Shown: one piece after another, positions 9,000 through 19,116 of the stretch
Position numbering within the stretch: the stretch's first letter is position 1
Layout: the number at the start of each line of letters is the position of its first letter
Source: an uncultured Planctomycetales bacterium
Lineage (GTDB): Bacteria; Planctomycetota; Phycisphaerae; UBA1845; Fen-1342
Length of the DNA stretch: 60,360 bases
Assembly (NCBI GenBank): GCA_964394415.1
Contig: CAYMXT010000002.1
Coordinates: 1-60,360, forward strand
Reading direction: 5' to 3'
Notes under the pieces: generated by a model
The model's database searches: none
What the model was told of the DNA's origin: nothing
Seen by the model: only the letters and a program-made list of their open reading frames with translations
Translations under genes and position numbers: made by a program

Positions 9000-10811
9000 G
9001 TGAGCACGCAAGCTATCGGCCCCGAATCGCGGCGACAGGCGACGCTGCCGAAGGGGATGCGCCTGGGTGTCCTTGTGGCGGTCTGCGCCGTCAATCTCAT
9101 GATCCTCGCGTACGCCGTTACGCGCGCCGTGCCGCACGAACCAAAATCGGCGGCGCCCCCGATCACGGCTGTTACGCCCGCCCCCCCCACCAGCCAGTTG
9201 CCCGCTGCGCAGGTCGTGGCTTCGCAGCCGAGCGTCCCGGCGGTCGTGAATCCGATCCTTCTCCCGGACGCGGCCGTCATCAAAGGGGCATACGTCCAGC
9301 ATTGCTCCGCCTGTCACGGCGCGAGCGGCCGTGGCGACGGCGCCGCCGCAGCGCAGCTCTACCCGCGGCCGCGCGACTTCGTCGCGAGCCCGTTTCGGTT
9401 CGCGTCAAGCAGCGCCGACCGAGAAGAAGTCATCGCCGGCCTGGAGCGGACGATTTCCGTCGGCGTGCCGCGCAGCGCCATGCCGGGCTATGGGGGCGTA
9501 TTGGATGAATCGATGATCGCCGGTCTGGCGCGTTATGTCCTCGACCAGCGTTCCACCGCCCCTGCGCTGCCCAGCGCGCCGGACGTCGACGTCGGCGCCC
9601 GTCCCCCGACGACGCCTGGGCTGATTGCGCGAGGTGAAGAGTTGTTCGAGTCGCAGGGTTGCGCTACGTGTCACGGGCCTTCAGGGCACGGGGACGGCGA
9701 GCAGGCGGGAAAGCTGGTGGACTCGATCGGCCGCCCGGTGCGGCCAGCCGATCTGGCGTCAGGCGTGTTCAAATCCGGTCAAAGTCCGACGGATCTGTGC
9801 CGCACAATCCTCAAGGGCGTTCCCGGAACGCCCATGATCGCCTACGAGCCCGCGCTGACCCGCGCTAATCCGGATGGGACGCGCGATCTGACAGATGCCT
9901 GGGCGCTGATCGCGTTCATCCAGAGCTTCAGCCCGAAAGAACAGCCCACGGCGCACACTTCGGGCGCGAATCTGGCGGCGATTCCGGCGAGTGACGAGGC
10001 CATGCTGTACGACCCGGCCCACCCGGCCTGGCTGGGCGTGCCGGCCACAAGCATCGAGCTGCGGCCGTTGTGGCAACGCGTGGAGAGCATCACCCACCTC
10101 GACGTGCGCATCGTGCGGTCCGCAACGGAGATCGCGGTTTGCATGGACTGGCACGATGGGACGCTGGACCAGGGACGCGACCACCTCGTGTTTTCGGATG
10201 CGGTGGCCGTCATGTTCGCGATGGGAGACGAGGTCCCCGCGCTGCCGATGGGCGTTCACGTCGAAGGCTTCGAGCCCAAGACGCCTGTGAATCTGTGGCA
10301 CTGGAAAGCGAACCGGCAGTGGGGCGTCGCCGCGGGCGAGGCGGTGGCGCTGGAGCCCATGCAGCCGCAGAAAGGGTGGATCCTGTATGGTCCGCCCCCG
10401 GATACGCCGTCGGCGTCCAACGAAGCTCACGCGCTGCCGCCGGAGTTCCGCACGGCGCGGGACGCCGGCAACGTCCACCAGAGCGAAGCGCTGTCGATCC
10501 GTTCGGCGCTGGAGTCCAACGCCGAGGGGTTCGGCACGCTGGCGCTTCAGCCGCCGGAAAGCCAGAGTGTCGCCGCCACCGCGGTTTGGAGCGGGGGACT
10601 GTGGCGCGTGGTGCTGGTTCGGGCGATCGAGTCCGGCGATGCGCTCGACATTGATCTGACTCTCAGCCACCGCATTCCGATCACGTTCGCCGTCTGGGAT
10701 GGGTCCAAAGGGGACCGCGACGGCATCAAGCTTATCTCCGGCTGGCACTGGCTGGCGCCCCTCGCCGCCGTGAAATCGTCCCCGGCCCACGCGCAAAGGG
10801 GGTTGCCATGA
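9000..10811 (+). CDS. diheme cytochrome c fused to an EB_dh (heme b, type II DMSO-reductase gamma subunit) domain
   Basis: N-terminal anchor helix. Two CxxCH motifs (CSACHG, CATCHG). C-terminal EB_dh-like stretch: VRIVRSATEIAVCMDWHDGT...DAVAVMFAMGD...NLWHWKANRQWG. Its stop overlaps the alpha-subunit start (ATGA at 10808). Confidence 0.75.
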   Translation: MSTQAIGPESRRQATLPKGMRLGVLVAVCAVNLMILAYAVTRAVPHEPKSAAPPITAVTPAPPTSQLPAAQVVASQPSVPAVVNPILLPDAAVIKGAYVQHCSACHGASGRGDGAAAAQLYPRPRDFVASPFRFASSSADREEVIAGLERTISVGVPRSAMPGYGGVLDESMIAGLARYVLDQRSTAPALPSAPDVDVGARPPTTPGLIARGEELFESQGCATCHGPSGHGDGEQAGKLVDSIGRPVRPADLASGVFKSGQSPTDLCRTILKGVPGTPMIAYEPALTRANPDGTRDLTDAWALIAFIQSFSPKEQPTAHTSGANLAAIPASDEAMLYDPAHPAWLGVPATSIELRPLWQRVESITHLDVRIVRSATEIAVCMDWHDGTLDQGRDHLVFSDAVAVMFAMGDEVPALPMGVHVEGFEPKTPVNLWHWKANRQWGVAAGEAVALEPMQPQKGWILYGPPPDTPSASNEAHALPPEFRTARDAGNVHQSEALSIRSALESNAEGFGTLALQPPESQSVAATAVWSGGLWRVVLVRAIESGDALDIDLTLSHRIPITFAVWDGSKGDRDGIKLISGWHWLAPLAAVKSSPAHAQRGLP

Positions 10812-13800
10812 GCGAATTCGATGCGGACGCCGCTTTGCCGATTGCACAAGACCTGAGCACGTCGCGGCGGGAGTTTCTCGCCGCCCTCGCGGCTGGAGGC
10901 GCAGGCCTTTTGTGCTTGCAGCCGGCGTTCGGCTTGCAGACGCTGCCCGGCATCGCGAACCCTCTGAAGCACTACCCGTCGCGCGACTGGGAAAAGGTCT
11001 ATCGCGACCAATACCGCTACGACCGAACGTTCACGTTCGTCTGCGCGCCGAACGACACGCACAATTGCCGGCTGCGAGCGTTCGTGCGCAACGGGATCTT
11101 CGTCCGCGCGGAGCAGAACTACGACAGCGGCCGCGTGGGCGACCTGTACGGCAACACTGCGACCAAAGCGTGGAACCCGCGCGGCTGCGCCAAGGGCTAC
11201 CAGATGCAGAAACGCGTCTACGGCCCCTACCGGCTGAGCGGCCCGTTGATTCGCGCGGGATGGAAGCAGTGGGCGGACGACGGGTTCCCTTCGCTGTCGG
11301 ACCATCCCGAGCTGCGCGACAAATACAAATTCAACACGCGCGGGCTGGATACGTTCGTCAAGGTGGGCTGGGAGGAAGCCTACGCCTATCACGCCAAGGC
11401 CGCCGTCGCGATCGCAAAACCTACAGCGGCGAGGACGGCGCCGCGCGACTGACCCAAGATGGCTATGAACCGGAAATGATCGAGGCCGCCCATCACGCCG
11501 GCACGCGCTGTTTCAAGCTCCGCGGCGGCATGGGCCTGCTGGGCGTCATGGGCAAGTACGGCTTCTACCGCTGGTCGAACATGCTCGCGCTGCTGGACGA
11601 GAAGACGCGCGGCGTGAACCCCAAGGAAGCGCTGGGTGGCCGCTTATGGTCGAACTACACCTGGCACGGTGACCAGGCGCCTGGGCACCCGTTCGTGCAC
11701 GGGCTGCAAGCCGCCGACTGCGATTTCAACGAGCTGCGGCACGCCAAGCTGCATATCCAGTGCGGCAAGAACCTGGTCGAAAGCAAGATGCCGGAGAGCC
11801 ACTGGTTCGCCGAGTTGATGGAACGCGCCGCCAAGATCGTCGTGATCACGCCTGAGTACTCCCCCGCGGGCACCAAGTGCAACTACTGGATTCGGGTGCG
11901 AGCCGGCTGCACCGACACGGCCCTGTTCCTGGCGGTCACCAGGCTGATGATGGACAACGGCTGGTTCGTGGAAGACTTCGTCACGAAGTTCACCGACTTC
12001 CCGCTCCTGATCCGCGCCGACACGCTGAAGCGCATCCGGGCCAGCGAGCTTTTCCCGGAATACAAGGGCGGACTGAGCCAGGATGGGCCGTCGTACAAGC
12101 TTCAGCACATTACCGACGAGCAATACGCCAAGATCGGCGACTTTGTCGTCATCGACGCGAGCAACGGTCAGCCGCGGGCCCTGACGCGCGACCAGGTCGG
12201 CAAGACCCTGTCCGACGCCAACCTGCCGCCCAAGCTCTCGTGGACCGGGAAGCTGAAGCTGACCGACGGCACCGAAGTCGATGCCATGACCATCTGGGAC
12301 GCGTACAAACTCAATCTGAAGGACTATGACCTCGACACCGTGGCCGAAATCACGGGCGCGGACAAGAGCCTGATCGAGCGGATGGCGCGCGACATCTGGG
12401 AAACGGCCAAGGCCGGACACGCCGTCGCGATCCATGTCGGCGAAGGAATCAACCACTGGTTCCACGCCACGCTTTGCAACCGCGCCCAGTATCTGCCGCT
12501 CATGCTGACCGGATCGATCGGCCGGCCGGGCGCCGGCTGCTACACGTGGGCCGGCAACTACAAGGCGGCCCTATTTCAGGGGGCCGACGGCGTCGGGCCG
12601 GGCTTCCTGGGCTGGATCGCCGAGGACCCCTGCGCGCCGAATCTCGACCCGGCCGTCGACGGAAAGGACATCAAAGTCCACAAGACGACCAAGGACGAGG
12701 AGCCGGCGTACTGGAATCACGGTGACCGGCCGCTGATCGTTGATACGCCCAAGTATGGACGCAAGTGCTTCACGGGCGCCACACACATGCCGACGCCGAC
12801 GAAGTTCCTCTGGTTCACGAACGTGAACCTCTTCAACAACGCCAAGCACGCCTACGACATGCTCTTCAACGTCAACCCGTTGATCGACTGCATCATCGCG
12901 CAGGACATCGAGATGACCTCGACCTGCGAATACTCGGACATCGTCTATCCTGCGCTCTCCTGGCCTGAGTTCCAGACGTACGAGATCACCGCCTCCTGTT
13001 CCAATCCGTTTCTCCAGATCTGGAAGGGCGGGATCGACCCGTCCTGCGACGGCCGCGATGACGTCGTCATCCTGGCCGAGACGGCGGAGGCGCTCAGCCG
13101 CGAGACAGGCGACGTGCGCTTCGCCGACTACTGGCGATTCGTGCTGGCGGACAAGAAGGACGGTGTGAAGGTCTACTTGCAGCGGCTCCTGGATGGCAGC
13201 ACGACCACGCGCGGCTACAACGTGGACGACATCCTCACCGGCAAGTACGGCGAGCCCGGGGCGGCGCTGATGCTCTTCCGCACCTACCCGCGCGTGCCCT
13301 TCTGGGAGAATGTGCATGAGGACCTGCCCTTCTGGACCGACACCGGACGCTTGAACGCGTACTGCGATATCCCCGAAGCGATCCTGCACGGGGAGAACTT
13401 CATTGTGCATCGTGAAGGTCCCGAGGCCACACCGTACCTGCCCAACGTAATCGTCTCGTCCAACCCGCTCGTCCGGCCGGACGACTTTGGTCTTCCGCCC
13501 GACGCGATGCACTGGGACGAGCGCACCATCCGCAACGTCAAGCTGCCATGGGCCGAGGTCAAGAAGACCAGCAACCCCTTGTGGGAGCAGGGCTTTCGCT
13601 TTCTGTGCCTGACGCCCAAGACCCGGCACCGCGTGCATTCGTCCTGGTCGACGGTCGACTGGGCGATGATCTGGGACTCCAACTTCGGCGACCCGCAGCG
13701 GCGCGACAAGCGCATGCCGGACGTGGGCGAACATCAGGTGCACCTGAGCCCGGATGATGCCGCGTCGCTCGGGCTGCATGCCGGCGACTACGTCTACGTC

Positions 13801-14388
13801 GATGCGAACCCCGCCGATCGCCCCTTCCGCGGCTGGCAGGACGCGCTGAACGATCCGGATCCGCAGCGCAAACAGCGGGCCGAGTTTCTCGCGAAGGTCT
13901 CGCGCTGCATGCTGCGTGTGACGATCAATCCGGCCTATCCGCGCGGCGTGGTGATGATGAAGCACGGCGCCTTCATCGCCACCGAAAAGTCGGTCCTGGC
14001 CCACGAGACGCGCGCCGACAAGCTGGCTCGTTCGGGCGACACAGGGTACCAGGCGAACTTCCGCTACGGCTCGCACCAGTCCATCACCCGCAACTGGTTG
14101 ATGCCCATGCACCAGACCGACTCTCTGTTCCACAAGGCCAAGGTCAAGATGGCCTTCATGTTCGGTGGCGAGGCCGACAACCATGCCGTGAATACAGTTC
14201 CCAAGGAGTGCCTCGTGCGCATCACCAAGGCGGAAGACGGCGGCCTGGGAGGCGAGGGCATCTGGAAGCCCGCGACCTCCGGCTTTGGACCTACGGGAGA
14301 TTCGGAAGTGAACCAGCGTTACCTTGCCGGGGCCCTGACGACCGTGAAGGGAACCGCGGCGCCCGCACCCGCCGCGACGGCGACCTAG
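10808..14388 (+). CDS. Tat-exported molybdopterin oxidoreductase alpha subunit, NarG/NxrA-like (type II DMSO reductase family), interrupted by a 1-nt frameshift
   Basis: Twin-arginine signal STSRREFLAALAAGGAG. N-terminal Cys/His cluster FVCAPNDTHNC. Long molybdopterin-type body including NYTWHGDQAPG. ORFs 10808..11452 and 10912..14388 join cleanly (..AVAIAK|TYSGEDG..) at the A4 run 11416-11419. Confidence 0.8.
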
Positions 14389-15345
14389 ATGACCCAGCGA
14401 CCACCCGCTCCCGAAGCACCCATGATCGTCGAAGGCGGGGTTGTTGCCGGCGACACGCGGTTCATGCTGCGCTGCATGGTTGAAGAGCTGTTGCGCGGAG
14501 GAATGACGCTTCGAGAAATCGACGCGCTGGCCCGCGACGCCAACTACCAGGCGCTCTTCGCCGCCCGGGAGACGCTTGGGGATGACGCCTTCAGTGCGCT
14601 ACTCGCCAGCGCGGCTGTCTGTGTCGGCGTACATTCCTATCGAATTCGTGAAACGCCGGCGACCACCCTTGAAGCCGCGCTGACCCTTTACAGCGCTGTG
14701 GCAACCGAAAAGGAGCCTGTAATGAGTCCAGCATGCTCATGCCATGCGACCCACAACCCCGACGCGGTTGAGTTTCTCAAGCAGGAGCACCGCGTGATTG
14801 AGACGGTGCTCGACGCGCTGGAATTCGAGCTCGCGCAGCGGGGCGTCACGCCGGCGTTCATGTGGCCCGCCCTGGAGTTCCTGGGCGCCTTTGCCGACGG
14901 CTGTCATCACCACAAGGAGGAGAAGCATCTCTTCCCCAGGCTCGAGGAGTGCGGCGTGCCGCACGAAAACGGGCCGATCGGCCGCATGCTCAGCGAGCAC
15001 GACACCGGCCGGGCCCTGATGAAGCGCATGCGAACCAGTCTCGTGGCGATCGAGGCGGGCGAGTGCAGTGCTGAGGGCGACTTTTCCTCGGCCGCGACGC
15101 AGTACATCGAACACCTTCGCCAGCACATCGCGAAGGAGGACAATGTGCTGTTCGTCATGGCCGAGCGCGTGCTGTCGGGGACGGAACGGGCCCAGATGGC
15201 GGGCCGCTTCTACGATTTCGAGCGCTGCGGCGATCGTCCCGGCACGCACGATCGCTTCGTGGCCCTGGCCAAATCGCTTTACCGCAGAGCCTTTGGCGAG
15301 TCGCGCAACACTGGGGAAAGGTGCAGCCATGCCGGAAGTCTATAA
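14389..15345 (+). CDS. hemerythrin (HHE cation-binding) domain protein with an unknown ~110-aa N-terminal domain
   Basis: ATG abuts the alpha-subunit stop (TAGATG). His/Glu pattern: LKQEHRVIE, GCHHHKEEKHLFP, MLSEHDTG, HIAKEDNVLF. Its 3-prime end overlaps the beta-subunit start by 17 nt. Confidence 0.7.
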   Translation: MTQRPPAPEAPMIVEGGVVAGDTRFMLRCMVEELLRGGMTLREIDALARDANYQALFAARETLGDDAFSALLASAAVCVGVHSYRIRETPATTLEAALTLYSAVATEKEPVMSPACSCHATHNPDAVEFLKQEHRVIETVLDALEFELAQRGVTPAFMWPALEFLGAFADGCHHHKEEKHLFPRLEECGVPHENGPIGRMLSEHDTGRALMKRMRTSLVAIEAGECSAEGDFSSAATQYIEHLRQHIAKEDNVLFVMAERVLSGTERAQMAGRFYDFERCGDRPGTHDRFVALAKSLYRRAFGESRNTGERCSHAGSL

Positions 15346-16621
15346 CTGGCAGCTTGGGCGCAAGATGTCGTATCCATTCTCGGCTGCGCCGCCGAAATGG
15401 CAATTTGCGTTCGTGTTCAACATCAACCGCTGCATCAACTGCCAGACTTGCACCATGGCCTGCCGCAGCACCTGGACCTTCTCGAAGGGCCAGGAGAACA
15501 TCTGGTGGAACAACGTCGAGACCAAACCCTTCGGCGGTTACCCGCAGAACTGGGACTCGAAGCTGCTCGCATTGCTGGAGGAGTACAACCCCGGCGGGCA
15601 GGTGTGGGATGCCGCGAATGGCAAGTCGCATGAGTCCCCCTACGGCCAGTTCGAGGGCAAGACGATCTTCGAGGCCGCCGCCGGCTACGCCGGCACCGAG
15701 GGGCCGAAAGCCGCGCTCGGCTACATCCCCAGCCCGGCCGAGTGGACCTCGCCGAACATCTTTGAGGATCACGCCCGCCCGGAGGCGCGCCTGCCGGCCG
15801 GCGGCGACGGCATGGCGGCCACGCTGCCGGAGCACAAGGTCTGGTTCTTCTACCTCGCGCGGCTGTGCAACCACTGCGCCTACCCGGGGTGCCTGGCCGC
15901 GTGCCCGCGGCAGGCGATCTTCAAGCGGCCGGAAGATGGCGTCGTTCTGATCGACCAGTCGCGCTGTAATGGCTACCAGAAGTGCGTCGAAGCCTGCCCG
16001 TACAAGAAGTCCATCTTCCGCCCCAACACCGGCACGAGCGAGAAGTGCGTCGCGTGCTACCCGCGCCTGGAAGGAAAGGACCCCGAGCTCAGCCCCAACG
16101 GCGAGCCGTGCGAGACGCGTTGCATGGCGGCCTGCGTGGGGAAGATCCGCATGCAGGGCCTCGTTCGAATCGAGGAGGACGGCACCTGGGCCAAGGATCC
16201 GCAGAATCCCCTCTACTACCTGGTGCGCGAGCGGCAGGTCGCGCTGCCCCTCTACCCGCAATTCGGCACAGAACCGAACGGTTTCTACATCCCGCCGCGC
16301 TGGGCGCCGAGGCCGTACCTGGTTCAGATGTTCGGTCCCGGCGTGGAGCATGCCCTCGAGCAGTATTCCTGCCCGGATCGCGAGTTGCTGGCGGTGCTGC
16401 AACTGTTCCGTACGACGCAGCAGATTATTTTCCGGTACGAGATCAAACCGGGTCCCAAGATCGCCGAAATCGAAGTGGCGATGCCGGACGGTTCTTCGCG
16501 CACGCAGGCGATCTTCAACGACACCGTGATCGGATACAACAAGTTCGACCAGGAGGCGGTGCGAATCACGATCGAAGAGCCGACGTTCGAGCGACCGCCG
16601 ATTCACGCGAACAGCATCTAA
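15329..16621 (+). CDS. NarH/NxrB-like iron-sulfur beta subunit
   Basis: ATG 15329 follows GGGGAAAGG. Ferredoxin-type Cys groups: CINCQTCTMAC, CNHCAYPGCLAAC, CNGYQKCVEAC, CVACYPR. Size and order are typical of NarH-like subunits. Confidence 0.9.
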   Translation: MPEVYNWQLGRKMSYPFSAAPPKWQFAFVFNINRCINCQTCTMACRSTWTFSKGQENIWWNNVETKPFGGYPQNWDSKLLALLEEYNPGGQVWDAANGKSHESPYGQFEGKTIFEAAAGYAGTEGPKAALGYIPSPAEWTSPNIFEDHARPEARLPAGGDGMAATLPEHKVWFFYLARLCNHCAYPGCLAACPRQAIFKRPEDGVVLIDQSRCNGYQKCVEACPYKKSIFRPNTGTSEKCVACYPRLEGKDPELSPNGEPCETRCMAACVGKIRMQGLVRIEEDGTWAKDPQNPLYYLVRERQVALPLYPQFGTEPNGFYIPPRWAPRPYLVQMFGPGVEHALEQYSCPDRELLAVLQLFRTTQQIIFRYEIKPGPKIAEIEVAMPDGSSRTQAIFNDTVIGYNKFDQEAVRITIEEPTFERPPIHANSI

Positions 16622-16623
16622 CG

Positions 16624-17475
16624 ATGCTCCGGGAACGCAGGAGCCGCTCCATGCTTGTGAAACCGCCCGATGCGATCGCGGACCTGCGAGCGCGGCAAAT
16701 CGTCGCCGCCTCGCTCGCCGCAGCATTCGCGCAGCCGGCCGGCAAAGCCCAGCAGCCCATTCCGCCCGCGACCCAAGCCGCGCTCGGCAGCGCATGGCGG
16801 CTGGTTGCGCTGCCGCACGCCGCGCTCGCGCAGTCCGAATTGCAGCGTGGCGAGGTGTTGCCCGCCGAGGTTGACTTCCCATCCGTCATTCGCTGGCTGC
16901 GCCTCAGTCCGGATCAGCGGCAGCGCGCCGCGCAGCGCGTATTCAGCCTCGTGATCTCCAAACCCTGCGCGCCGTGCGAAACGGAGCACCTTCGATCCGG
17001 CGACGCATTTTGCCGCGCACAGGTAATGGCCGATATCACGGGCTTCTATCGCGCCTTCGGAGTCGACGTGAGCCGCCGCCCGCCGCAGCGCCCGGACCAC
17101 CTGGTGCTCGAGCTGGAATTCGTGGCACTACTGCTTGGAAAGCTGGTCGATTCATTCGGCGACCCTGCCGCCAGCGAGCGCATGGATGTGTGCCAACGCG
17201 CCTTGGCGTCATTCATGCGGGACCACCTGACCACTTGGCTGGCTGGTTTCGGTCAACTCGTCGCGCGGCGGGCGAAGGACGTCGCGGACGGTATTACCGA
17301 AGCGCGTGAGCGCAAGAACGTCGCGTTGCTGGGAGAAGTCGGTCGCGTCGTTTGCGCGTGGATCGCGGCGGAGCGCCGCTGCGCAGGCCTCGCGCCGACC
17401 CCGGAGATCGAGGCGCGTCGTCTTGCGGTGGCGACCGAACCGGACGAACTCTGTGCGTCCTGCGAGTGCGTCTGA
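16624..17475 (+). CDS. TorD/NarJ/DmsD-family redox enzyme maturation chaperone
   Basis: ATG 16624 lies 3 nt after the beta stop. Motif RPDHLVLELEFVALLLGK is typical of TorD-like chaperones. Occupies the last position of the molybdoenzyme operon. Confidence 0.7.
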   Translation: MLRERRSRSMLVKPPDAIADLRARQIVAASLAAAFAQPAGKAQQPIPPATQAALGSAWRLVALPHAALAQSELQRGEVLPAEVDFPSVIRWLRLSPDQRQRAAQRVFSLVISKPCAPCETEHLRSGDAFCRAQVMADITGFYRAFGVDVSRRPPQRPDHLVLELEFVALLLGKLVDSFGDPAASERMDVCQRALASFMRDHLTTWLAGFGQLVARRAKDVADGITEARERKNVALLGEVGRVVCAWIAAERRCAGLAPTPEIEARRLAVATEPDELCASCECV

Positions 17476-17658
17476 ATCGGGGCCGCGGGTAGTAACGGGT
17501 AATTTACCCGTGAATCTGTCACTGTTTCGATCAGGTCGCGCTTGGATTCGTACACAGAGCCGCATGCTTACGCCGCAGACGGCGAAAGCATGCCACACTC
17601 GAGTCGCCCGGCTCGCCGCCGGTGTAGTCGACCCTCGAGACCCGCGCCGCTGCCGCCC

Positions 17659-18729
17659 TCAACGGGCCTCGAGGACCATGTTCGTCGGCGTCTCGGCCGC
17701 CCGGCGGACGTGTGAGAAGCCGGCCTCCTTGAGCACCGCGGTGAGGCGCTTCTGCCCGGCCTGCGCGCCGAGCGCCAGGCCGACCTCCTGCGCCTTCGAC
17801 GCGGGCGTGCAGACCATGGTGGAAAACGCGTAGTAAATCTGTCCGAGCGGGTGCAGGTTCTCCTCGAGGCTGTCCGCGGCGCGGGGTTCGACCAGCATGA
17901 GTGTGCCGCCGTCGGCGAGCGTCGAGCGAACGTGGGCCGCCGCGCCGACCGGATCGCCCATGTCGTGCAGCGCGTCGAAGATGGTGACGAGATCGTATTT
18001 CTTTCCGGGGTACTCCTTGGCGGTGACGAGCTCGAAGATCGTGTTGCCGGCGACTCCGGCGTCGCGGGACCGCTCGCGGGCGTGTTCGATGGAAGGCTGA
18101 TGGAAGTCGAAGCCGTGGAAGGTAGACTTCGGAAACGCCTTGGCCATCAGGATCGTCGACGAACCGTGCCCGCAGCCGACGTCCGCGACCTTGGCGCCCG
18201 CCTCCAGCTTCGCGCGCACGCCGTCGAGCGCCGGTATCCAATGGTCGATCAGGTTGGCGGCATACATGGGCCGGAAGAATCGCTCGGTGCCGCAGAACAG
18301 GCAGGCGTTGTGGTCGCCCCAAGGCAGGCCCTCGCCGGTGCGGAACACCTCGGTGACCTTCGGCTCGTCGAGATAGGCGGAAACGACGCCCTGGAAGAAT
18401 CCTTGCATGCAGCGGGCGTCACCCTCCTTCGCCAATGTGACCACCTGCTCGGGAGTCATCGAAAAACGTTTCGACGCCGCGTCATACTCGACGTATCCGC
18501 CGGCGGCGTTGGCCGAGAGCCACTCGCGCACGTAGCGCTCGTTCAGGCCGGTGGATTGGGCGAGTTCCGCGCTTGTCGCCGGGCTGATCTCGGCCAGCGC
18601 CGTGTAGAGATCGAGGCGGTCGCCGAGATACGCCAGGATGAGGCAGAGGGCTCCCGACACGTCCGTCAGGACCTTGCCGTGCAGCGCCTCCAGCTTCCTG
18701 TCATCGAGTTTCGCGAGATCGACAGGCAT
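17659..18729 (-). CDS. class I SAM-dependent methyltransferase with an N-terminal winged-helix domain
   Basis: SAM motif I is VADVGCGHGSSTILMAKAFP. N-terminal dimerisation/wHTH-like region: ATSAELAQSTGLNERYVREWL. Confidence 0.85.
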   Translation of the reverse strand: MPVDLAKLDDRKLEALHGKVLTDVSGALCLILAYLGDRLDLYTALAEISPATSAELAQSTGLNERYVREWLSANAAGGYVEYDAASKRFSMTPEQVVTLAKEGDARCMQGFFQGVVSAYLDEPKVTEVFRTGEGLPWGDHNACLFCGTERFFRPMYAANLIDHWIPALDGVRAKLEAGAKVADVGCGHGSSTILMAKAFPKSTFHGFDFHQPSIEHARERSRDAGVAGNTIFELVTAKEYPGKKYDLVTIFDALHDMGDPVGAAAHVRSTLADGGTLMLVEPRAADSLEENLHPLGQIYYAFSTMVCTPASKAQEVGLALGAQAGQKRLTAVLKEAGFSHVRRAAETPTNMVLEAR

Positions 18730-19116
18730 TCATGGTCTCCCGGTTTTCGTTTGGTGCTCGTCGCTTGTACAATGAAAACGGGTGCAGAAATCTGGCCGTG
18801 GGGCCGATTCCCGCGCGGTGCCGACAGGTCGTGGGGCCCGGTCGGATCGCAGGTCCAGGGCGGACAGGCTCGCGCATGTCCCTACTACTCCATACTACTC
18901 GCACTTGCGACGTTACGCCAGTCCATATCCTGAAAGCAGGTGCGCGGGGATCCGGCTGGGAGCGCTTGCGCGGGACACCCCACGACGGCACGACGAGCCC
19001 CGCCCTGACGGCGACGGCGCTGCGCCTGGCGGTCGCGGTCTCTCCGTTCGCCGTCTCAGTCCATCGCTGCATCGAACAAGACGTGATCGCGGCGCTGTTC
19101 GAGCGCTATGACCGCG

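Noticed and set aside
11411-11425. Programmed -1 ribosomal frameshift in the molybdoenzyme alpha gene.
   Set aside because: The slippery context is only A AAA. There is no obvious downstream hairpin or pseudoknot and no known precedent for this family. A homopolymer length error or a recent mutation is more parsimonious. It is kept as a finding only for verification.
12571-14184. Long ORFs antisense to, or out of frame with, motif-bearing genes. On the minus strand: 12571..14184, 2314..2988, 9759..10847, 15155..16882, 23271..24446, 24443..25681, 25963..27003, 28500..29891, 36572..37693 and 44668..45963. On the plus strand: 17851..18933, 19370..20215, 20503..21471, 32xxx-35xxx, and many shorter ones.
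   Set aside because: Their translations are Arg/Ala/Gly/Pro-rich and low in complexity, with no motifs. Each is fully covered by a gene with clear family signatures on the other strand or frame. These are typical shadow ORFs of high-GC DNA.
17495-17511. Perfect palindrome ACGGGTAA-T-TTACCCGT, 20 nt after the TorD-like gene stop. Considered as a terminator.
   Set aside because: A 1-nt centre cannot form a hairpin loop and there is no T tract. It occurs once and has no assignable binding protein. It might be an operator, but this is not supportable from sequence alone.
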